From NCBI GenBank assembly GCA_023920165.1, contig CP089276.1:3472001-3536000 (forward strand): DNA of 64,000 nt, written 5' to 3'. Each line of letters begins with the position of its first letter. The stretch's first letter is position 1. Position numbers and translations under genes: made by a program. Shown here piece after piece: positions 44,183-58,000 of the stretch. The notes beneath the pieces were generated by a model. The model ran no database searches and was not told the DNA's origin. It was given only the letters and a program-made list of their open reading frames with translations. This DNA is from Curvularia clavata (Eukaryota).

Positions 44183-45838
44183 ATGCCTTCGTGGATATCG
44201 CGGGCCACCGAGTCCCACAATGCACAGCTTGTGGCGACTGCTGCTGTCTCAGGCTTTGTAGTTGGCAGTGCTATCCTCGGGTATCAAAAGGCTAGACGTA
44301 TGACGAGAGTAGCAGACCTGAAAGCGTCTATCCCCGATCTCAGTGACGACCACCGTCCGTCAAGAGTAAGTCCCGACCTGACGCTGGTTGACTTTTGTCA
44401 TGACATCCCTTCGCTTCCGGACCCAGAAACATTCTGACACAAGATAGTTAACGGAGTATGGCGCCGCTTCCAATGTATTTGCTCCAAGTAAAGAAGACGA
44501 ACGCAGCATGGCACTAGCTGCACGAGCGAGAAAAGGCGATTATGACGACGGTAAGACGTCATTATCTTGAAAAAGAAACCCCCGTTGCATTGAGTTCTCA
44601 CAAGACGATTAGATCTTATCCTCGAGCAATTGGCAAGAAACCGAGTCTTTCTCACAGACGAGGGACTTGCTAAGTTGCGGGGCGCTTTTGTGATTGTAGT
44701 CGGCTGTGGTGGAGTCGGATCACATGCAACAGCAGCTCTTGCCAGATCAGGATGCTCTAAACTTCGCCTTATAGATTTTGACCAAGTTACTTTGTCATCG
44801 CTTAATCGACACGCAGTAGCAACTCTGGCAGATGTCGGAACGCCAAAGGTACACTGCCTCCGCAAGCGACTCGAACAAATTACACCATGGACCCACTTCG
44901 AATGCCGAAATGAACTATTCAGCGAGCAAACTGCGGCTGCCCAATTGTCACCCTTGAATGGCCAGCAACCGGATTTTGTGATAGATGCCATTGACAACAT
45001 CGACAGTAAAGTTGCCCTTTTGGCCTATTGCTACATGAACAACATCAAGGTCATCTCTTCCATGGGTGCAGGTTGCAAATCTGATCCCACTAGAATCTTC
45101 ATTGGCGATATTTCAGCCAGTACAGATGACCCTCTATCAAAGTCTACAAGACGAAAGCTGCGATTGAAAGGTGTCAAGGATGGAATACCTGTCGTTTACT
45201 CGACCGAGAGGCCTGGCCCTGGAAAGGCTGAGCTTCAGCCTCTTTCAGAAGAAGAATTTGCAAAAGGCAATGTCGGAGAGCTAGGGGTCCTTGCAGACTT
45301 CCGGGTACGAATCTTACCAGTTCTGGGTACTATGCCCGCAATCTTTGGTTTGGCTGTTGCCAACCACGTTATACTCTCCATATCTGGCTATCCACAAGAA
45401 TACCTGCCATCCAAATCTCGGGATAAGATGTATGACGGCATTCTAGGTGCTCTCCAAGGTGCCGAAGAACGCTTGGCCCGTGCGCTATTCAGCGAAGATC
45501 CTCTCGGCCTCAAGATTCCCATCACACAGGACGATGTAGGCTATTTGGTAGAAGAAGTGTACAATGGACGAAGCATAATCAGCGGCCTGTCCACACGACT
45601 TATATTGACAAGGTGGAAGAAGCCAACCGAGAACTTTGTTGATGAAAGCACACCCGGACAGAAGAACAGTCATTTGAAGATGAAAGATTTGGTTCTCATG
45701 ACAAAGGAGGAGGCGGCCAAGCACGAGAAGGAGATACTGAAGGGCGAAAAGAGCTTCGAAGACGTCTACACTGCTGAGACGATCGAGCGTGTGAACAAGC
45801 GAATGGCCGAGGAAGAGCGCTTTGAGCGCTTCCGGTAA
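44183..45838 (+). CDS. tRNA threonylcarbamoyladenosine dehydratase (TCD1/TCD2-like, ThiF/E1 fold); exons 44183-44365, 44448-44550, 44613-45838
   Basis: N-terminal hydrophobic anchor, EQLARNRVFL, VVGCGGVGS, IDFDQVTLSSLNRH, DAIDNIDSK, SSMGAGCKSDPTR, FRVRILPVLGTMP. Confidence 0.92.
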
Positions 45839-46537
45839 ATTCACAGTCATGATCGAGAAGAACGCTCTACTCCTTAGATTATTTTTCAATGAACTCAAAT
45901 CAATCAAGCAAATGCGACTGGCAACGATAAGGTCAGACAAGGGGACGTAGGTATGGTTTCATGTCAGACCACTGCCAAAGCTTGCGGTTTACCCATACAA
46001 CCACCTCCACCTCATTCCGTATGACTCGGATGATGTTACCTTGTAGATTTCCACGCGTTGTTAAATCCGACATCATTAGTGAACATTCTTCGTTGACCAA
46101 CCTTTTGCGTCTTTCGGCCCGTCCGACGAATCCGGTCATACCCCGACGTCTATCGGCCATTTTGTTAGCGCGAGGCACATAGCCAATGAAAAGAGAGTGC
46201 AATTGTGCACAATAGTAGCGTGGTGGATACCGATCTTTATCAATGACAACAGACCGCCTGTCGTGGGTCGATGACGGGCTGTTGCAACTAATCGGCGACC
46301 GATTCGACTAAAAGCGACCAGCATTTTGCGGCCCAGCCCCGGATTTAACAGTTTGAATCCGGGGGTAATATTGCTAGGCGGACGAAAGACATGTCAACGT
46401 CATACTGGAATTTTTTTGGTGGAGTCGGTGGATTGTTTAGTATATAAGAGTGCTCCGTTCTTCGAGAAAGAGGCATCATCGAATCCATATCAACACCTGC
46501 AACACAAACTAAAAGATATACTTATATCCACGGAGCA

Positions 46538-47718
46538 ATGGCTACAGACACCAAATTTGAAGGATGGCTTGGCAAGGACCAGGAGAGCGTGAACGGAAAG
46601 ATGGAATGGGGCCAATTCGAGCCTAAGAAATGGACCGAGGATGATGTCGACATTGAGGTCTCGCACTGTGGTATCTGTGGCTCAGATTTGCACATGCTAA
46701 GTTCTGGCTGGTCACCAACTCCATACCGTACGAATATCCAATCATTCGTGAAATTCTTAATATGCTAACATACTCCAGCATGCGTAGTTGGTCATGAGAT
46801 CATTGGCAAGGCCGTCAAGGTAGGCAAGAATGTCAAGCACATCAAGGAGGGCGACCGTGTCGGTGTTGGAGCGCAAGCACGCTCTTGCATGCAGCCTGAC
46901 TGCCCTGAATGCTCCAAAGGCATAGAAAACCACTGCAAGCGTGGAAACGTCAGTACTTATGGTTCCATCTACCCCGGCGACGAGGGCAAGTCTTACGGAG
47001 GATATGCCAAGCACAACCGCACCAATGGGCACTTTGTGATCAAAATCCCAGATGGTCTGGATAGCGCCGATGCAGCCCCCATGCTGTGCGGAGGAATAGT
47101 GAGTTGCTTCATAGTTACGATGATCTTGAACATACACTAACCAGCCGTAATTAGACTGTGTATTCGCCACTAAAAAGATTTGGCTGTGGTCCCGGAAAGA
47201 CTGTTGGAATCGTCGGAGTTGGTGGCTTGGGCCATTTCGCCGTCCTCTTCGCCAAAGCCCTCGGCGCAGACAAGGTTGTAGGAATCAGTCGCAAGGCTGA
47301 AAAGCGTGACGATGTCCTCAAGCTGGGTGCCGACGCCTACATCGCTACCGATGAAGACGAAGACTGGGCCAAGCACAACGCTGGCACACTGGACCTCATC
47401 ATCTCCACTGTCTCCAGTGCCAAGATGCCCCTTAACGGTTACCTTGGACTGCTCAAGACCTTTGGCGACTTCGTTCAGGTCGGTGCTCCGGATAAGGGCG
47501 AGCTGCCTAACATCAACGCGTTTACGCTGCTCATGAGTGGAATCAAGGTCGCTGGTAGTGGTATTGGTGCGCCTGGAGAGATCAAGGAGATGCTGGAATT
47601 TGCTGCTGAGAAGAAGATCAAGCCATGGATCCAGAAGAGGCCGATGAAGGATGCTAACAATGCCATTATTGACATGAACGATGGCAAGGCTAGGTATAGG
47701 TATGTTCTTGAGAACTAA
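46538..47718 (+). CDS. Zn-dependent, probably NADP-linked alcohol dehydrogenase (ADH6/cinnamyl alcohol dehydrogenase-like); exons 46538-46727, 46779-47098, 47155-47718
   Basis: CGICGSDLH, GHEIIG, GDRVGVG, structural Zn cysteines, APMLCGG, GVGGLG, ARYRYVL. TATA box at about 46441. Confidence 0.93.
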
Positions 47719-49094
47719 AGATTGATTGATCAAGACGTTAGATCTTCTGGTGAATATGTAGAACGCTTTCGAATATCTATTTAAATACGAATAACGAATC
47801 TTTCCAAAAACAAAAACAAAAAATGGATATATGATGCTTCTGCTACAACACGTTGAGATTTCAATATCTCAAGCTTTTGGGTGATCTGCAGAGCGATGCT
47901 GGATTGTACGGCAAACCAGCGGGTGGGATAGACCACAAAGTACCAGCATCATTCGTGTTGAGCATCTGATATACGGATGACACAAAATCGTAAAACCTGC
48001 GCCAGCGACTCGGGGCTGAACGGAAAAGAAGTCAGGAAGTCCTAACACCAGTGGCACGCGAAGCTACACACAAGTATATGCGTACTAAAAATCAAGCAGA
48101 TAAGCGAGTGAAGTGTAGTGTAGTGTATTGTAGCTGTAAGCAGTAGCTATGTTAGGTATAGAGATCTGCACCAAGGGTCTAGCCCTAGGCGGTCGACTTT
48201 TATAGTTGTTTATCAGTGCCTTACTTTGCAACATAATAGCTCTGTACTGCCCCCAGTTTCCAATCAGCCTGTGCTTGATCGAAATTGCAGCTATCTTTCT
48301 TAATCGTTCCGATTTACTGCTGTTAAGACTCAATTTCTCTAACATCATCACTTCAATAGCGATGCAAATGCTCCATAGAATTCTTATTTTCTCGTCTTAT
48401 GCAGTCTCTCTTGTGTTGCCCGGCTAGGGTTCTGGCTGGCATGCAATTTACGCATGGCCAGTAACTTAAAATCTAAAGTTGACAACTATCAACGCATGAC
48501 TATAGTAGATGGAAGGTTTACTTCCCGCCTCGGTAGTGTAACATTACCCCTCGGCTGACGCTTCTTCTTACCCCACATCATAAACTATACCCGATGTCCC
48601 GCACGTCATCCAAAAGGCCAGAGCGAATCACGCACGTTCCCTAGATCATCAAGCAATGTGCTCCATAGTACAAAGTTTTTGACTTTGCGACAGAGCTACA
48701 ATGGAAGGTTTTAGAGTAAGCTATTGACCGGATGATATGAAACTACTTGCTGCCAACCTGTGAAGCCCCACTTGGGCACTCAGAGGTCGTGCGGTTCCTC
48801 GGAGCCATTGGCCGTCCCAGTCAGTGCAGCATCCGTGTTGTCAAACCCGCAAGCAGCCATAAATAGCTCCACATGGCAATGACTTATGGAGATCTCTTGC
48901 AGACCATTGGAACAAATTCCACAAGAGCGGTCAGCAATTACATTGGTCATCGTTCCAGAGCACCGCTTCTAAAAGTAGTTATCACATGAGGCCCCCCAAG
49001 CAGCACATAACCGAGCAATCGTTCGACAAGTACTGACTTTTTTCCTCTCCCCCACCAACACGTATCCATCACATTGATCTAAACGCAACCCACA

Positions 49095-50385
49095 ATGCCA
49101 GACACGCAAACAATCACCGTCCCCCATCTCGGCGGCATAACTGCCTCATACCGCCTTTCTACACCCTTTGACTCGAGCAAACCTACTCTTGTGCTTGTGA
49201 ATTCCTTTCTCACCTCGGCAGCCCTGTACGACTCTTTCTTCAGCGACAATGCTCTTACTAGCAAGATGAATCTGCTGGCAATTGAACTGTTGGGTCATGG
49301 ACAGACGCGTGCCCATAAGGTGGAGCACTGGACGTATTGGGATACGGCGGCCATGAATTTGCAGGTTATGGAGGGATTGGGCGTGGAGAAAGCGTTTGTG
49401 CTGGGGACGAGCCAGGGCGGCTGGGTTACGGTGAGGATGGCGCTATTGAGCCCGAGTAAGGTATGTTGGTTTGGATTCTTTGGAAATCTTTCGTCTTTCT
49501 TTTGCAGTGCTTGGTCGACGAAATCAGGTTTGTATGGGAACATGAGGCGTACAAGTATGGTAAAGAGAGAAAGAAGAAACAGAAGGGAAATCAGAAAAAT
49601 AATCAAGGGATACTATAGGAAGAAGAATGAGAAGAAGAGAGCATGGACCCATTATCAACATCAAGTAGAATCATCAACAGCTAACCCTTTCTCAAAGATC
49701 CTAGGCATCATTCCTCTTGGAACATCCATGGACTACGAATCCGAACGCAGCCGCCAGCTAGGATGCTGGCAATCCAAAGACGCCCTCGCCAATCTTATCA
49801 CCGGTGACTTCAGCGCAAAGAACAACCAGCCCACACCCGATTTTGCACCCAGCAAAGAATTCGCCAATTTTCTAATGGAGCAAGGCTTTGGACCGGATCT
49901 TGCAGCCCACCTCCATGATTTTTGGTATGGAGAGCTGGTGAAGAATTACAGTGGTGACGAAGGCCGAAAGAGGATGCGCATGGCCGCGATTAATCTGAGA
50001 GATAGAGATGGTTTGCATTTGAGGGCTGCGGATGTCGTGTGTCCTGTTCTATGGTTGCATGTGAGTTCACTCTTCTCTCTCCATCTCTCAGCATTCAGAT
50101 ATTTTTTATGACTCAGAGAGCTCTATTGAACCTGAAAGCGAAGCGGACAAGTTCTCGGAGATCGCATATACTGACAATCTGCCCCAGGGAACCAAAGACG
50201 TCGTGTACTCCGTTCCAAACGCGCAAGAAGAAATTAAGCTATTCACAAGCTCTCCAGACGCGCGGCTAGAAATAATCGAAGGTGGACAGCATTTCCTTAG
50301 CGCCTCAAATCCAAAGGAAGTTACAGAACGTATGACTGCTTTTGTTGGAAAATACGCCAAACATACAGTTGGCTCTTCGTTGTAA
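49095..50385 (+). CDS. Alpha/beta hydrolase; exons 49095-49460, 49698-50060, 50188-50385
   Basis: PTLVLVNS, IELLGHGQT, GTSQGG nucleophile motif, CPVLWLHGTKD restored by splicing, GGQHFL. Confidence 0.9.
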
Positions 50386-53300
50386 AAGAAAAAAGGAACG
50401 AAAAGAGGCTAGTATGTATGTGTAATATGTAGCCCACAATCCATTTCACATGCTTACACTTGCATCATCCTCATTTTCTTTTTTTATGTGTTTCTGCAGC
50501 ACTGTCCGGATCCGGACTACCAAAAACACCTTTATCACGGTGCCACCTATGTACATCTGCTCAAAAGAAAAACACAATTTTCCGTTACCGGCAGATACAT
50601 ACGTCATCAGCCCAGATCCTCGGAGCCCGCCCCTGCGGCAAAAGCAAAAATGAACCACCAGAAAAAGATCAGAGAAGAAGCAAAAGTCATTCAGATCTCA
50701 GACTAACGTCATGTGGACAACGTTACTCCAAACCCACCACCCACTATCAATGTTTCAAAGATTTACTCAGCTCCGCAGTATTCGGCGCTGTATCGGAAAG
50801 TACATGTTGGAAAAGACTCCACGACCCAAGCATCCCATCTGGATAACTGCAGCGGTTCACTTCCCCGCTCCACTGCACTCAGTTCTCCCTTCTCATCCCC
50901 TACATAATCCTAAAGGATAGACACGTTCAGACACCGATCCAGAACTCAGCGCCTAAACGGTAGACATGTCAAAAAGCAAACACCCACCTGTACCACACAC
51001 GCATACAGTCCTACATCGGAGGGAGGCGGCAGACCGATGGTAGAAGTGGGGTTATCCGCCGCCTCCACGGCAGCCCGCATTGCGCCCCCCGATATGCGAC
51101 GGGAACCCAAATCGGCACGGCGCTGCTACCTGTTGGGAAAAAAGCAAATTGAGAGATAGACAGGTTTGGTGTGGTATGGGTTGGATATGGTTTTCCAGCA
51201 TGGCGCGTGTGAGAGCGGAGCGGAGTTTTATTGGTGGAAGGACGGGCGAAAAAAAAGTAAGGCTGGGAAAATAAAAAGGTGTAGGTAGGTGTACACGGAA
51301 TGGGTTAAAAAAAACACACACACCTTTTCAATACTCCGACACGCTCCTACCGGGGCTGGATATGGAGGAGGCAAGATGGCGTTAATCTGATCCCAAGCTG
51401 CACTATGGCTTACATGCATATACCTATATGTCGACATGTATTTGTGGCAACCGGAGGGAAGAGGCGACACGGCTTCTGGTTCCCCGTTTACCGCGTGCAT
51501 GCGTATGGACGCCACATCATCCTTATTTCTTTTGTTTCTTTCTTCGTCCACTTGGTATTTTGCTTTTATTTACTTCGATCTCGTCCTCGTTTCCGTTTGC
51601 TTTTTCGGGTAATAATCCTAGAGCGAGGGAACGAGGCTGTGTGGGTGGCGGTATTCGGTGCTCCTATTATTCCTTTCTATACGATGTTATAGCAATAGTA
51701 TTGGAAAGACGGTAGGTATATTAATATGAAAAGTTCGGTATAGGTAGAGTCTGGGTTCAGGGTCCAATTAGCCCCTCCCCCGCGCCGTTGATGTCCAACT
51801 ACATAAAATCGCAAAATATTATAGTCAAGGCTAGTTATTGGTGGCATGGGATTCGTCTGGTTTTCCTCCGCCACCTACCGACGCTATTGTGACCAAACCC
51901 AGGCATTACATGTTGACATGCATGTACTATAAACGAATGTAGCAGTACGTATGCGAACCCCTGGCCCCCTTGGGCTGGCCGTGCATATTTTGCCTTTTCT
52001 AGTTGACGACGACCCCAGTGGCACAAACGAAGAGGAGGAGGGAGTGCAGGAACTCATGGATCTAGCGTTTTTCAACGCCCCATGCCCCCGCTGCAAGGTT
52101 CGGGATGGTACATGTTTCGTTTCACAGGTTAGCGGGAGTGAGATATCAAGATCGGAAGCAGTGATGCGAAGGAATGCTGCAGTGGAGAAGTGGGCGGCGG
52201 CGGGGAAGAACGAGGAAACTATGAGTAAACTGCACGCCTATCGAGGATAGCGGCTGATGATGAAGCATTGGAGGCAAGGAAGAAGCAACGTAACTATTAC
52301 GTCTTCGCGATGATTCACAAGTTCATCTCCGCCGTCCATCATCTCCAAATGTATGTTGGCTGCGGAGATCAAAAAGAAGCAAAGAGCTGCTGGCTTTGAA
52401 GTTTCAACGACGTGGCATAGCATGTCTGCATCTTGCATCACTGGGAACCTGCAGGCGCATAAAAAAGCCGACAACCGTGAAGGGCGTTTGTTTTCTCCAA
52501 GCTTGCCTAAGTGCATCCTGTGATACCCCATCCGTGAAGGTCAGAGCGGGCAAGATCCAGCTCAACTACACTGGAATAGCAAGCGGTTCAGAAGAAACCG
52601 TTACATACCCCAACGCAACCCCCTGTCGCATTTCAGCCGTGGCTGAAGATCGAACCGAAATCCCGTCCGCTTCGCCTCGCCTCGCAGAGGAACACACCAT
52701 GGCCCAGGGTCTGGCGCACGTGCGCTTGTCGATACGAGAGGGTTTGTCGGTAGTTACGAAAGACCGCATTGACAAAACGCGCAATGTGAGCCCAGAGCAA
52801 GGGGAGAGAAAATGATTAGCGAGAGTACAGCGGACCAAAGCCGAGAGGATAGCAGCGAGGGCGATCAAACATGGGACCAAGAAGCGAAGTGGGAATTGTG
52901 TTTGATGTTTTGATTTTGAGGGTTTTTTGCCTCAGGGAATGAGTTTTGATTGGCGGGACGGGTGGATAACTTGGCACTAGGTAGGTACTGCCTGGATGCC
53001 ATTTGCTTGTTTTTGTGCATCTGTGAGCATCTGGACTTTTGGGCAAACGTGTGCCGCGAAATTTGCTTTGTGTGATCTCCAGGTGCAGCGACGTAGCCGG
53101 GACCCAGGGTAACCAAGGAAAAAAAAAGCAACAGATGCCGGGAATGCAGGATTCGGGCCTCCTCTCCTTGAGGCGCATCTGCATTCTGCATCCTCTTCTG
53201 TAACGGGTCGGTAGTGGAATTGGCCCGGCAAATGCCCGTTTCTTACAGCCACCCCCCGTCTCAGTGACAATTGTGGTGGCTTTTTTTGTTGCGAATCTGG

Positions 53301-55052
53301 ACACGGGTAGCCTCTCACCTAATACTTTCATGTTTCTAGCCTTCGTATTTATTCAATGTAGTACAGTAAGACTTTGAAATGGGTTGATTCAATCAGCCAG
53401 AGTGGGACCATTGTCGCGGGTCACGGGAGAGTGCGGTGAACCCCTCTGTGGAGCGCAACTGGGCGAGGGGTGGCTGGTATGCAAACAGGGCTGGGATGAA
53501 ACTGTTTCACATGCTGGCTGCATGCTGTCATGATAGAGGTCTGTTGTTTCCTTGGACATGCTGCATGCGCCGCGGAAGTAGCCTGAGAGTTGGAGAACCA
53601 GTTACGAGAGAGAGTAAGAAGTGGAACGAGCAGATACGTAACTGGGCCTGCTGGTGTGAACCTTGGCACCAGAGAGGGTGGATTCGACGTCAGTCGTTAT
53701 GACGGCCGTGCAAACGGGGCTTACAACGGCCCACCATCATGTCGGAAGCCGTTATGTACATGCCAGGTACAAGTCCACGGAGCCGGAATATGACCTCTGT
53801 TACATGTCTCACAAAGAACAACCTGCTGTGCGTACGAGTGGGACATTGATGCGGGCTCGCTGCACTGCGGAGTGCTTTGACCACACGAGCCGTCCAACGA
53901 CGAACAAGGTGGACTAATCCCGAAAACGCAGGTCTTGATATTGCCCATTGCTTGTCCCGTCGCGCAGCTCCCACGCCATGATGCGGAGCCGGCATCGACT
54001 CTGGCTTGATCAATCGCTGATCAGAAGACGCAGTATTGTCGATCTCGATGGACGCCGCAGGTGTATAGTGGTGTTCAACGTGGTGGGAAAAAAATTAAAA
54101 TAATAAAGTAAAAACAATAACCTTTGTTGCTTGCATAGTCTCCGTGCATAAAAGTCTCATGGTGTGAGATCGCCTGTCAGCGGGGGAGGCGCACAAACCG
54201 CGGGTACGAACGGTATGGAGGTGAAGGCTATATCATGTGAAGTTATAGGGAGTATAATGGGGCCGACGTAAGGGTGAGGGGTACAATCCGCCGAGCAGGC
54301 CGAACCAGTTAATTCTGCCGGAATTTCTTGCGCGCCCGATTTACCTGACAGCGGAAGTCACCGTAGTGGAGTTTGCAACGTCTTGCGCGTGTCGACTAAC
54401 AAGGCGACGGGGTCCTGTTGCGACATTGCGCCTTCCCAAGATGTCGCAGCGTGCACAATCTAGATCCACGGCGAATGTTAGCTTTTGGATTTAGCAGATA
54501 CGCATGCGCACCTCCACCAAGACATGCGCAACAGGAAGGTTAAAATATGCCATATCACGCCAAGGGGATCATCCAACAGGGTAGAACATGCAATTTTCTC
54601 TATACAAACAAGGGTGTGATATTCGTGCATCTAAGTGTGAGTGTGTGTGTGCGTGTTGCGTGTGCGAATGTTAGCCAATTGATCGCTAAGCACATGTGGT
54701 ATCCTCTAGAACATGATAGTGATGGTGACGCCAAAGTCCTACTTTTTGCAAGCCCAGCAAACCCGCGCAATACAAGGAGATCCAGACCGTGGTGGTATCA
54801 TGAAACCAAAAAAAAAAAGGTATGTAAACGAAACAAAGCCTCCCCAGTAGGTTGCGTCAAAACCGTCGGCTTAGATACCAATAATCGCCGATAAAATAGT
54901 GTGGCCATGAAGAGTAAACAAATGAAAAGTAAAGTCGGGAGGAGAAGGAAGAGAAAAAGGATAACCAAGAAAGGATAAAAGAATGATACAGGGTATATGC
55001 AACCAAATACGAAGTGCTCCAAAACAAGAGCGTGCAACAAGAGCGTGCAGAA

Positions 55053-58000
55053 TTAGTTCTCCTCCATCAATGCTTCTTGATCTCCGGTTTCCCGCCAATC
55101 GCGGGAGAGTTCGGACAGACGCTTGATGCCAGCAATGCGCTCTGCCCAGAGAGACTCGGCTGGAGACCTAAACGTGTATGCTCGTTGGGATGAAATAACG
55201 CCAATCGCCTGAAGGACCGCCTTGCGCGAGTCCCGACCAAAGACAGCGGGGTGGTTGATCCATTCCAGGCTGGATTCGAGTTCTGCGTCAAGTGCATGCA
55301 TCGTGCGGACATCAATACCAGCGGCAGGGGTGAAAGGGGTGTCGGCATGGGGTGAGGGCGTTCGAGCCCGAATGTCATTAGTGGCAGCGGTGGGTGATGC
55401 CGATCCTGTGCTGCCAGTTGCACTAGTTGGGTCGTTGCGCCGGTGGCCAGGAGGTGGAAGTGGGGGCAGACCCCCCTTGCCTAGTCCCTTGAGAATACTG
55501 CGTGTTTCTGTGAGCAGGTGATGTGCTCGTTCGTGCTGGCCGCGTGAAACAAGCGTTAGTGCGCGTGTCAACATGTCTGATGTAAGTAATTCCATGCGTC
55601 GTTGTACGACGTGTGGGTGGGGTGGAATGGGTGGTGTGGGTGGAAGCCCAGTGGAGTTCTTCTTCGGGCCAGAGGGTAGTAGAGTAATGGCTAGGAGCGA
55701 TGGTCGTGGCAGGTGTGCAAGGGAGCCTTCTCGGAGAATGTCGCCATATGTGAGATCGGCCTGGATCAATGGCACTTCTTCGACGCTGAGTGTGCGGGAG
55801 TCGTCTTGGTCCAATGGGCCGCCTAGAGCCTCAAGGCCGGATACAATCGACTCCCAAGGATCCTGAGGAAGCTGCTCTGGAGAGCCTGTGTCTGGTGCAA
55901 TGGCTAATTGCACCAAGATGTCCCTCTTGTCGCCAAAGCGCAAGTCACCTAATGAGGCTTCAGCGTCTCGTCCAGTAGCCCGCTTGGTAATGTGCAGTGC
56001 ACCACTGATCTTGACAAACTTGGCAGGAGAGCCTTCTGGTAGACGTAGCTTCAACTTTACGTTCTGGTGCGATGTGGTCTGAAGAGAACCCAGACATCCG
56101 GCCGCGCACTCGCGAAGCATCATCCAGTCCTTGACGTAGGTGTAAGACGCCTTGGTGCGTGTAGAAAGCTCGATCATGGTATCAGGCTTGTGCGTTAGTC
56201 CCAGACCAAAAGAGTGGATAGAGACCCTGAATGCATGTTAATCAACGTTCAACGGTAAATGGGTACATATACTTACTTGGCAGCCTCGGCGCGAGACACG
56301 ACAAAGTCGACGCTCTCGGCATCGGATACAGACGAGTCGCTGATGAGGAGAATGGACGAAAGAGGGTTACTGGACTTGCGCTGCATGAGCAGATCCATGG
56401 CGACATTGGCTCCATCCACGACGTCGGCACGCAGACTCTTCTGTCCAACCGGGCGAATGGAATCGAGCACCTTTGGCCAGTCTCTCCAAACCTTGCTGGT
56501 CATGCCGACAATGGGAACACCGCCGCCACTGGAGCCAAAGGTGACGAGACCCATGCGATCGCGCTCGCCAAGGTTGTTGACCAAGAAGCGCAAAGTATCA
56601 CGAAGCAAATTAATTTTCAAGCCCTGCATAGATGAAGAGACGGGGATAACGACGACAATGTCGACAGGGACGTGTACCGAGGCACCCAGGCGGGGCTCTG
56701 GCATGCCAGCGCGTGACGTACTGTACTCTGTCGGGGCAGTCATGGTCGATCGAGCAGCGCCATACGAAGAGTTGATGGATGAAACCCGCTTTGGCCTTCG
56801 GTAGTCGTCTTCCTCGGTGCCAGAATTGTCTTGGTCGTATTCGGGCATTCGGTTGGCAACAGGGAAGTCTAGGCGAATATCCATGAGTGCGCGGCGCCAC
56901 AGCTCCAGCTGGCTTGGGTCGCGGAACTGCAGATGGAAGGCTGGAAGCTCAGCCACAGACAGGCTGAGTGTCAAGATCAAATTGTCGGGTGAGTGCTCGA
57001 CTTGGTTTAGGTGCTTTTTGATCAGAATGGAACCCTTGAGGGTGCATTTTGTCTTTTTTGTTGGCGATGCACCCTCCCACTGTGGCTGGGCAACCTTCTT
57101 CTCCTTGACGCAGATGAGCATCTCGGAGAAGAGGTAGCACTCGAGTTCCTGCCAAGACTGGCGGTCCTTTCCGACACGGATGTGGCCGTGGAGTCGCAAC
57201 TTGCCAAAGCGCGAAAAGTCCAAGCCATGCCAGTTGTCGACACGGGCGTGGAGATCCTCGGTGATTTCGTCCAACACCTCTGGTGGCTCGTATTGAGGCT
57301 CGGACGGCCTGCTGGTTACCGGCGATTTGCTACGCCCGTAGCTGCTCTCTGCAACACTGGTAACCGAGGGAAGGGCCGGCGCACTGCGCATGTCCTCGGG
57401 GTCAGGCCGCCATTTTCCCTCGACGACTTCGACGGTGACGAGGCAAGTGAGACTTTGCTGCTGCCGCGATCTGCTCAATGTGGGGAACTCGCTGCGGACA
57501 GTGACTGTGGGTGCGGGAATGGGGCTCTTGAGCATGCCGCGCGGGCTGCTAAGGCTAGTCTCCATGGACTGGACATCGTAGTCGTGCCGGCGGCCGTCAT
57601 GGGTTGGGGCGTAGTCGTTGGATGAGGCCAGGCCGGTGGCGCCCGAGTCGCTGCGGCCATGGGCCCTGGAAATGGAGCCGCCTCTGTCGGATCCACGGTC
57701 GCGGCTGTGACTGCTGTCTCGCTGGCGGTTGTGGTGGTGGATGGATGAGTAAGAAGCCGAGGCATTGCTGCCATTGCGAGGGCGACCCTGCGAGGCGTCG
57801 TCGTGGCGCCTCTCAGACGAAACCGTTTGCGTGTCCCACGGGGTGGGGGTGTTGGCCGCACTTCGGTGGCTATCTGAGTGCTGAGACGTCGAGGGCTCAT
57901 TCTGGACCGAACGCACAATGGTTGAGAGTTTCTCTGTCCCCACATCAGCATGGTCACACGGCGCAGCTTCTGGTGAAGGCCTACCAAGGTCCAGCACGTT

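Noticed and set aside
48264..48351. Second C/D snoRNA candidate (GTGATGA...CTGA on minus)
   Set aside because: No terminal stem, no convincing C'/D' boxes, no intron context and no recognised guide.
37236..50385. Secondary-metabolite or RiPP cluster (tyrosinase, ADH, hydrolase)
   Set aside because: The genes are interspersed with housekeeping genes, with no backbone synthase, DUF3328 gene or transporter.
55023..55048. 13-bp tandem duplication AACAAGAGCGTGC just after the vWA gene stop
   Set aside because: Real, but a simple slippage duplication with no evident function.
5156..57984. Apparent excess of stop-free 3n introns (5156-5206, 16985-17062, 28710-28763, 49461-49697, 57984-57934)
   Set aside because: Five of about 28 mostly short introns is close to chance expectation. 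Only the 237-nt case is kept as a finding.
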